A stretch of DNA of 27,038 nucleotides from contig JBDRPD010000007.1 in the NCBI GenBank assembly GCA_043827405.1, positions 1-27,038 of the forward strand, in the 5' to 3' direction. The first letter of the stretch is position 1. The number at the start of each line of letters is the position of its first letter. This DNA is from Elusimicrobiota bacterium (GTDB taxonomy: Bacteria > Elusimicrobiota > Elusimicrobia > UBA1565). The translations under genes and the position numbers were made by a program. The notes under the pieces were generated by a model, which worked only from the letters and a program-made list of their open reading frames with translations, did no database searches and had not been told where the DNA came from. This document shows positions 20,558 through 27,038 of this stretch, in pieces.

Positions 20558-23235
20558 CGACAAATATCATGCTCCGGTCCCTGCTCGCAGTCGCCATCGC
20601 CGCCAACAGCATTTCGCCGGCCTGCGCCGCCGCCATGGTGGTGCCCAAGCTCGCTCCCGGCGTCTCGCCGTCGGTCGGCGCCGCGGGAGCGGCCGGCATC
20701 GCCGCCGGAGGCATGCGCCTGCATAATACAACGCTCAGCCCGTCGCTGAGCGCCTCGCTTCCGACGCTCGGCAATTCGCTGGCGCGGCCGCAGAACCTGA
20801 ACAGCGAAGTCGCCGTCAAGCCGCGGGCGCTACGGCACACCGCGGTGCAGGACGTTAACGGCCGCGTCGCCCCGTCCAAACACCAGGGCAGCCTGGGACA
20901 GGGGACCCCCTATAAGGCCGCCGCCGGCAAAAGCGAAACGGTACGCCACACCGTAGCCGCCGTGCATCAGGGCCGCGGCGGCAAAATAAATGCCGCCGCG
21001 CTGGGCAGCCTCTTCGAGCAGAGCGTCGGCCGGCGCGGCGTGGTCAACGCCGCCGACAATCTCGATGTCGACGCCGCCGGGGATGCCGTCTTTGCGGCCG
21101 AGGCCGCAGCCGATGTCGTCCCGACCGTCGAAGAAGACGCTCTTGACCTCTGGGTCGGCAAGACCGCGCAGAAGGGAATTTTCGACTCCAAGATCTCGGC
21201 GTCGATTCGCCCCATCAATAATACCCGCAGCGAGTGGTTTTGGGGACAGTATCAGAAAAAGCTGCCGATCCGCGTCGTTTCCGGCGGCCGCGTGCTGTTT
21301 ATCACCCGCATCGTCAAGGCCGGCACCAAGAAGATCAAGGCGTTGACCCTCGATGACTTCAGGGCCTACTACGGCGCCCGCTCCATCGCCAAGCGCGCCG
21401 GCGAGAACGACGCCAAGCAGCTGGCGCGCCTGCGCCGCAAGCTTCTCGAAGAGATCAAGTGGAAGTCCCAGCGCAAGATCAACGCGCCCAAGGTCATCAG
21501 CGAGGAAACCAAAGTCCGGGTGCTGAACTTCCTGCCCTACAACCAGGCTCGCGAACTGCCCGAAAACGGCATCGAGAAGACGCCCGAAATCCGCGCGCGC
21601 AAAGAGCTGGCCGTCCCCGCGGAGCTCAAGGACCTGCAGCGCATGCTGCCGCGCCTGGTGCTCTTCGATCTGCGCCTCTACGGGGATCGCATCCCCTTCG
21701 ACGTGCTTGAAGACATGGGCAAGCTGCAGAAGGCCGGCGTCACCTTCGTCTTCCTCTCCGACAAGACGCAGGATGAAGTCGAGAAGATGATCCGCCGCGA
21801 CACCCCGGCGCAGCAGCAAAACGAGATCACGCGCTGGAAGCTGCTGAGCCTCTCCAACGACGGCAACACCCTCTACGGCTTCTCCGGGTCCTTCGAGGAG
21901 CTCAAGGCCTCGCGCAAGTTCGCGGCCGACGAGCGGGAAATGCTGAAGTACGCGGCCCAGGCCGCCGCCCCCGAAGGCATTATCGTCGAAGACCGCGGCT
22001 ACGTCCTTTCGCTCCGGCCCAAGCGCGGCGTCGCCATCTCCGCGCTTAAAAAATCGATGCAGCGCCAGCTCGACCGCTTCGGCATGCCGGACGGCTCCTA
22101 CGCGCTGACCGTCGGAGAACATGAAGGCTCCCCGGTCGTGCGGGTCCGCCCGACCACGCTGAGCCGCTCGTTCGGCCGGCTGATCAAGGACCTGCAGGTT
22201 GAAGAAGGGCTTTACCTCAACGAGCAGAATATTCTAACCGTCTCGGATGACGCGGAGCTCCACGCCGCGCTCCCCAACGCCATGCACGCGGGCCCGGTCA
22301 TGCCGCAGGCCACGGCGCGCGAGGACTACATCGAAACCGCGCTGGCGGCGATGCTCGGCTCATACCGCCACAACCGGCAGGGCGATCTCGCGGCTTCGGC
22401 CTCGTCGATCAAATCCTTCAAGTTCAAGCGCTTCGGCGGCGGCGGCTTTGACTACCGCATCTACATGCTGATGGGCCACGTCGCCCACACCGCGCTCGAC
22501 TGGGCGATCATGAAATACAACCAGGCGGGCGAGCTGCCGCCCTACGAAGAGCTCATCGCCAAGTCGCGCGAGATTTGGGAGAAAGAGCAGATCGGCGTGA
22601 CGACGAACCTGCTTGAGAAATCGCGCGAACGCACGCTGGGCTACCGCGACTCGATGGAAGCGCGCATGTTCACGATGTATCAGGAGCTCGAGCGCACGCT
22701 CAAGATCTACCCCATCGCGCTGGGGACCGAGCTGCCCAACCTCATGGTCCTCGACCGCTACAACGCCTCCGGAGAGCAGACCCACCGCGACATCTTCCGC
22801 GGCCTCTACGATCTGGTTCTGGCGCGGAAGGTGGAGGGCGGGCTCGACGTCCTGGTCGCGGACTTCAAGTCGGGCCAAACCCCGGCGCTCCAGCATATGG
22901 CCAAGGACACGCAGGTACTGCTCTACGACTACTTCTCCAAGGTTATGTGGCCGACGATCACCGTGCCGTACTCGCTGGCGCACAAGCTGCAGAAGGTCGT
23001 AAGCCGCTACGTCGGCTTCCTGTATCCGCGCGGCATGCAGGGCGTGACGATCACCGAGTTTGACCGCCTGTTCTTCGAGAAGTTCCTCTTCAATATCATG
23101 AACCGGATGCGCAAGCACAAGCGCGTGCTGACCGAAGACATGATCGCGGCGGAGACCAAAAAGGCCGAGCGCGAGGCGCGCCAAGCCGCCAAACAGTCCG
23201 CAGCCGAAAAGAAGACTCCCGCGAAGAAGAAGTAG
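20554..23235 (+). CDS. Signal-peptide-bearing protein: ASCH-like + degenerate HAD-IIB + RecB/AddB-type PD-(D/E)XK nuclease
   Basis: ATGA-coupled to the upstream gene. Nuclease motifs SASSIKSF, MGHVAH, TELP, RGLYDLV, ADFKSG, QVLLY; HAD-like RLVLFD, GVTFVFLSDK, SNDGN, ILTVSDD; ASCH-like KISASIR...KALTLDD...VRVLNF. Confidence 0.75.
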   Translation: MTTNIMLRSLLAVAIAANSISPACAAAMVVPKLAPGVSPSVGAAGAAGIAAGGMRLHNTTLSPSLSASLPTLGNSLARPQNLNSEVAVKPRALRHTAVQDVNGRVAPSKHQGSLGQGTPYKAAAGKSETVRHTVAAVHQGRGGKINAAALGSLFEQSVGRRGVVNAADNLDVDAAGDAVFAAEAAADVVPTVEEDALDLWVGKTAQKGIFDSKISASIRPINNTRSEWFWGQYQKKLPIRVVSGGRVLFITRIVKAGTKKIKALTLDDFRAYYGARSIAKRAGENDAKQLARLRRKLLEEIKWKSQRKINAPKVISEETKVRVLNFLPYNQARELPENGIEKTPEIRARKELAVPAELKDLQRMLPRLVLFDLRLYGDRIPFDVLEDMGKLQKAGVTFVFLSDKTQDEVEKMIRRDTPAQQQNEITRWKLLSLSNDGNTLYGFSGSFEELKASRKFAADEREMLKYAAQAAAPEGIIVEDRGYVLSLRPKRGVAISALKKSMQRQLDRFGMPDGSYALTVGEHEGSPVVRVRPTTLSRSFGRLIKDLQVEEGLYLNEQNILTVSDDAELHAALPNAMHAGPVMPQATAREDYIETALAAMLGSYRHNRQGDLAASASSIKSFKFKRFGGGGFDYRIYMLMGHVAHTALDWAIMKYNQAGELPPYEELIAKSREIWEKEQIGVTTNLLEKSRERTLGYRDSMEARMFTMYQELERTLKIYPIALGTELPNLMVLDRYNASGEQTHRDIFRGLYDLVLARKVEGGLDVLVADFKSGQTPALQHMAKDTQVLLYDYFSKVMWPTITVPYSLAHKLQKVVSRYVGFLYPRGMQGVTITEFDRLFFEKFLFNIMNRMRKHKRVLTEDMIAAETKKAEREARQAAKQSAAEKKTPAKKK

Positions 23236-23253
23236 CGTTCGCGCTGCACTCTC

Positions 23254-23308
23254 TTGACAGCCCATGGTCTCCATGCTATATTAATGACTGTCGAGTCAGT
23301 CATTAATA
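23254..23308 (+). promoter_or_regulatory. Sigma70 promoter overlapped by a TetR operator
   Basis: TTGACA (23254), 17 nt, TATATT (23277). Perfect 12-bp inverted repeat TATTAATGACTG-N6-CAGTCATTAATA at 23279-23308. Confidence 0.9.
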
Positions 23309-23319
23309 CAGAGACGCCC

Positions 23320-23898
23320 ATGGCCCGCCCCAGAACCTACCCTCCCGAGATCCGCCGCGAAATGATCCTCAGCGCCGCCCGCCGGGCCATGGCCAAGCGC
23401 GGCTACCAAGGTCTCAAACTGGATGAGGTGGCCCGCCTCGCCGGTATCGCCAAAGGCACGCTCTACCTCTATTTTAAAGACAAGATGGACCTCCTGGCCG
23501 GCGTTTTCGCCGACCTGATCGCCCGCATCGACGCCCGCGTCGGCCGGGCCGACAGCCTGCGCGCCGCCGCCCGGGAATCGCTCGCTTTTATCGACGAGCA
23601 CCGCACCTTCCTGACGGTCTTCGTCGGCGGCCACCCCGACCTCAAGCGCACTCCGTCCGGCCGCCGGGCATACGAAATCTACGACCGGCATCTGCGGCGG
23701 ATGGGAACACTCATAAAACAAAACGTTAAGACCGCCGGCTGCCGCCGGCTCGATGCCGCCGCCCTCGGCCTCTACTGGGACTCGCTGCTGCGCTTCTTTA
23801 TCGAGCGGCAGGAGTACCAAGGCGCCTCCGCGAAGCTCGTGTCGCGCGAAAAAGAGTTCGTCGCGCTGCTGCTGCATGGGTTGGGAGCCGCCAAGTGA
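23320..23898 (+). CDS. TetR/AcrR family transcriptional regulator
   Basis: MARPR start; HTH KLDEVARLAGIAKGTLYLYFKDK. Start corrected to ATG 23320 because the track TTG is the -35 box. Confidence 0.95.
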   Translation: MARPRTYPPEIRREMILSAARRAMAKRGYQGLKLDEVARLAGIAKGTLYLYFKDKMDLLAGVFADLIARIDARVGRADSLRAAARESLAFIDEHRTFLTVFVGGHPDLKRTPSGRRAYEIYDRHLRRMGTLIKQNVKTAGCRRLDAAALGLYWDSLLRFFIERQEYQGASAKLVSREKEFVALLLHGLGAAK

Positions 23899-25199
23899 GA
23901 CTTATCCTGCTCCTCCTGCTGGCCGCGGCGCCCGCCCATGCGCAGCCGCTGGAGCTCACCCTCCCGCAGGCCGTCGCGCGCGCCGTTGAACACAGCGAGG
24001 ATGTCAAGATCCGCGGGGAAAAGAAGGACCGCCTAACGCACACCTATAAAAAAGTCCGGGCACAGGCCTACCCCCAAGTCTACGGCTCATTTAATTGGAG
24101 CCGCTACGTGGACAAGCCCGTGCAAATCGCGGACTTCGGCCTCGGCCCGCAAAAGCTTGAGATGGTCCGCGAATATGAGCTGCGGACGAGCGCCACCGCC
24201 ACCCAGGTGCTGTGGGCCTTCGGCAAGGTAAAAACCGCTATCGATATCGCCCATCAGGCCATCGGCATCGAAGGCCTGCTTCATAAGGCGACGGTAAATG
24301 AGATTATTTACGCCGCCAAGCAGGCCTATCTCACCATCCTGCTGGCGCAGGAAACCCTGCGCATCGCCGAGGAGTCGCACCGCAACGCCATCGAGAGCCA
24401 GCGCGCGCTGCAAATCCGCGTCGGGCAGGGCCGGGCCTCGCGGGTAGACAATATCAAGATGGCCGCCGACGTGGAGAGCCGCGTGCCGTCGAAGCTGGAG
24501 GCGCAGAGCCGCCTGGACTCGCTCAGCATCGGCTTCAAGCGCCTCATCGGCGCTCCCGCGGATGCCGAACTGCGGCTTGCGGACGCGCTGACCGAGGAGT
24601 TCCCGGAGCTTTCCCGCGACCAGCTCTACGGGAAAATGCTGGACCGGGAGCCGACGCTGCGCGCCGCCCGGAGAAACATCACTCTTAATGAGCGCATCCT
24701 GAGCCTGCGGCGCGCCGACTACCTGCCGACCCTGTCGGCCGTCGCCAACTACTCGTATTACGGCAACGGCCCCACCCGGATTCCGGAGCGCAAGTGGATG
24801 GACCCCTCGTTTCTCTGGGGACTCCAGCTCAGCGTACCGCTGTGGGGAGGCGGCGCCCGCCTCAACGCCTACCGCGAAGCCGAAAGCGACCGCCGGGTAG
24901 CGGATCTCGAATACCAGAAAAGACGGCTTGATTTTGCGGTCGCCCTTGATACCGCGCTCTCGGAATACCGCTCCTCGATCGGCGTGTACCGGGCGGAGCA
25001 GGCGGCCCGCGAACTCGCCGAGGAATCCTACCAGATCGTCCTCTCCAGCTTCCGCGCCGGTAAGGCCTCCCAGGCCCTGCTCAATGACGCCGAGCTCCAG
25101 CTGACCGCGGCCAAGGTCCGAACCACGCAGAGCCTCTTCGGCATAAATCTCATCAAAGCCCGGATCGAGAAGCTAACCACCGCGGAGAACGCCTCATGA
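23895..25199 (+). CDS. TolC family outer-membrane efflux protein
   Basis: Signal peptide, LTLPQAV, two OEP repeats (AQAYPQV, ADYLPTLS, GLQLSVPLW). Confidence 0.92.
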   Translation: MRLILLLLLAAAPAHAQPLELTLPQAVARAVEHSEDVKIRGEKKDRLTHTYKKVRAQAYPQVYGSFNWSRYVDKPVQIADFGLGPQKLEMVREYELRTSATATQVLWAFGKVKTAIDIAHQAIGIEGLLHKATVNEIIYAAKQAYLTILLAQETLRIAEESHRNAIESQRALQIRVGQGRASRVDNIKMAADVESRVPSKLEAQSRLDSLSIGFKRLIGAPADAELRLADALTEEFPELSRDQLYGKMLDREPTLRAARRNITLNERILSLRRADYLPTLSAVANYSYYGNGPTRIPERKWMDPSFLWGLQLSVPLWGGGARLNAYREAESDRRVADLEYQKRRLDFAVALDTALSEYRSSIGVYRAEQAARELAEESYQIVLSSFRAGKASQALLNDAELQLTAAKVRTTQSLFGINLIKARIEKLTTAENAS

Positions 25200-25855
25200 T
25201 CCGCCCGCTCGCCTACGCCGCGGCCGTCCTGGGATTCGCGGCGGCCGTCGTCTTCCGCGCCGGCGTCGCCGAGCAGGACGCGAAGAGAGAGGTCGTCAGC
25301 ATCGCGGGGGAGTGGACGAAGCACGGCAAGCCGGTGGATGTCCACACGATCGCGGCCGCCCCGCTGACGCAGACGACCAAGGTCTCGGGCGTCGTGCAAA
25401 ATAACGGGAAGATCGCCGCCTACGTAACGCCGACGATCGTGAAAAAAATTCATCCCGGACAATCGTTTGACGGCTGCGGCGCCCGCCCGCTCAGCGGCGA
25501 AATCGCGCAGGTTGCCGCCGCGCCCGACCTCGCGACCGGCCTGCACCAGGCGGTACTGACGGCGCACGAAGGCGCTTCCCTCCCCGGCGCGATCATTGTC
25601 GCCTGCGTCCGCTCCGCCGAATCCGGCAGCGTGCTGCTGATCCCCGGCACCGCCGTCCGCGACGAGAAAGACGACCGCTACGCCTGGCTCGTGCGCGACG
25701 GCCGCGCCGGCAAGCGAAAGCTTGAGCTCGGGGAGAGCAATGAACGCTACTTCCGGGTCCGCTCCGGCCTTGCGCGGGGCGACGTCGTGGTGATCGACGG
25801 CTGGCGGAACCTCGCCGCAGGCGACCCGGTTCGCATCCGGGAGGGCGCCCGATGA
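25196..25855 (+). CDS. RND periplasmic adaptor (membrane fusion protein), short form
   Basis: Sits between TolC and RND genes; N-terminal TM; LLIPGTAV and SGLARGDVVVIDG membrane-proximal motifs. Confidence 0.85.
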   Translation: MIRPLAYAAAVLGFAAAVVFRAGVAEQDAKREVVSIAGEWTKHGKPVDVHTIAAAPLTQTTKVSGVVQNNGKIAAYVTPTIVKKIHPGQSFDGCGARPLSGEIAQVAAAPDLATGLHQAVLTAHEGASLPGAIIVACVRSAESGSVLLIPGTAVRDEKDDRYAWLVRDGRAGKRKLELGESNERYFRVRSGLARGDVVVIDGWRNLAAGDPVRIREGAR

Positions 25856-27038
25856 TCGAGGCCTTTGTTAAGCGGGCCGCCATGACCACCATGTTCGTTT
25901 TGGTGTTTGTGGTCCTCGGAATAGTCTCTTACGGCAACCTTATTGTTGAGCGCTTTCCAAAAATCGAGTTTCCCGTTATCAGCATCCAGGCGGTCTACAG
26001 CGGCGCCTCTCCCGAAGAGCTCGAGTCGCAGATCATCAGGAAGGTCGAAGACGCTATCGCGGAAATATCGCAGATCAAGAAGGTGCAGTCCTTCGCATTC
26101 GAGAACTTCGGCCGCATCATGATCGAATTCGACGTCGATGCCGACGTCAACGTGAAATCCATCGAAGTTAAAGACAAGGTCGAGGCGATTCGCAACACTT
26201 TACCGGAGAGCGCCGAGGACCTCGTCATCAGCAAGTTCGACCCCACCGTCGAGCCGGTGATGGACCTGGTGCTCAGGAGCGGCAGCCATGACGACCGCCG
26301 CCTGTTCGAGTTCGCGGATAAAAAGCTCAAGAACCTTATCAGCGTAACCGAGGGGGTGGCGTCGGTAGACGTCTATGGCGGCAAGCGGCGGCAAATAAAC
26401 GCCTGGCTCAACCCGCTCATGCTGAAGAAGCACTTCAGCTCGATCCGCGACATCGTCGACGCGATCGGCGCTAAAAACGTGAATATCCCCGGCGGCGCGA
26501 TCGATAAAACCTCATCACGCGCCTCGGTCCGCATGCTCGGCGAGTTCGCCTCAGTCCGGGCACTGGCCGCCATGGGCCTGGTATCGGCCGAAGGAGAGAA
26601 GTTCCGCCTGTCCGATGTCGCGACCGTCAAAGACTCCCACAAAAAACCGGACACCTATACGCGCTTTAATGGAGAAAACGTCGTGGGGCTCTCCATCAAG
26701 AAGCTGTCGGACGGCGACGCCGTTTCCATCGCGCAGCGAATTCGCGAGCGGCTTCCCGACATCCGCCGCACGCTTCCCCCGGGAATGGAGCTCATCGTCG
26801 CATTCGACTCAAGCACCCGCATCCTGACCGACAACCAAATGACGGCGAAGAACATCGTATTCGGGATTATCCTTACCATCGGCATCCTCCTGATCTTTCT
26901 CGGCGACTGGCGAACAACGGTTGTCGCCGCGGTGGTGATTCCCACCTCGCTGGTCTCGACGCTCTTTCCCATGGACCTGTCGGGATACACGATCAATTTC
27001 ATGACGCTGCTGGCGGCGGCCACGGCGCTGGGCACCCT
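25852..27038 (+). CDS. RND efflux permease (AcrB/AcrD/AcrF family), partial
   Basis: Not in the track because it has no stop in the window. ATG 25852 gives MIEAFVKRAAMTTMFVLVFVVLGIVSYGNLIVERFPKIEFPVISIQAVYSGASPEELESQI; later FLGDWRTT..IPTSL..INFMTL. Confidence 0.95.
   Translation, partial: MIEAFVKRAAMTTMFVLVFVVLGIVSYGNLIVERFPKIEFPVISIQAVYSGASPEELESQIIRKVEDAIAEISQIKKVQSFAFENFGRIMIEFDVDADVNVKSIEVKDKVEAIRNTLPESAEDLVISKFDPTVEPVMDLVLRSGSHDDRRLFEFADKKLKNLISVTEGVASVDVYGGKRRQINAWLNPLMLKKHFSSIRDIVDAIGAKNVNIPGGAIDKTSSRASVRMLGEFASVRALAAMGLVSAEGEKFRLSDVATVKDSHKKPDTYTRFNGENVVGLSIKKLSDGDAVSIAQRIRERLPDIRRTLPPGMELIVAFDSSTRILTDNQMTAKNIVFGIILTIGILLIFLGDWRTTVVAAVVIPTSLVSTLFPMDLSGYTINFMTLLAAATALGT

Noticed and set aside
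16340..20630. Lipoprotein call from Cys27 (PQGSC) and Cys24 (SPAC) of the two large proteins
   Set aside because: Neither matches the L[AS][AG]C lipobox, and the third leader-bearing protein has no such Cys.
16871..22350. Active HAD phosphatases
   Set aside because: Motif I DxDxT and motif IV GDxxND are degenerate in all three copies.
22387..23120. Cas4 or AddB call for the PD-(D/E)XK domain
   Set aside because: No Fe-S cysteines, no helicase domain, and no CRISPR array or cas genes in the window.

Overview
GC-rich bacterial chromosomal region with no CRISPR array, RNA gene or mobile element that I can see. TolC together with a ClpC-type Hsp100 points to a diderm, probably non-proteobacterial host; the protein style reminds me of Elusimicrobiota, which is unverified inference. 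Housekeeping content: a minus-strand operon (GT4 glycosyltransferase, FlK-type thioesterase, RimJ/L GNAT, receiver protein, thiolase), a second thiolase, xerD-recA behind an E. coli-type SOS box, a class A beta-lactamase-fold serine hydrolase, clpC, and a TetR-TolC-MFP-RND efflux operon. The most unusual element is a two-gene operon (16277-23235) built from three tandem copies of a degenerate HAD-IIB + RecB-type PD-(D/E)XK module. Only the third copy keeps the nuclease catalytic motifs, and it is preceded by an ASCH-like domain. Both proteins, and a CPBP+HtrA+PDZ dual-protease fusion (4286-6970), begin with a signal peptide and a ~150-aa leader carrying motifs at matching positions (LPx[LI] at ~aa 70, [LF]F[DE] at ~aa 152). 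The two transcription units also share an upstream DNA motif array with nearly identical spacing. Together this suggests a co-regulated, leader-directed export/effector system. All domain calls come from reading motifs by eye.
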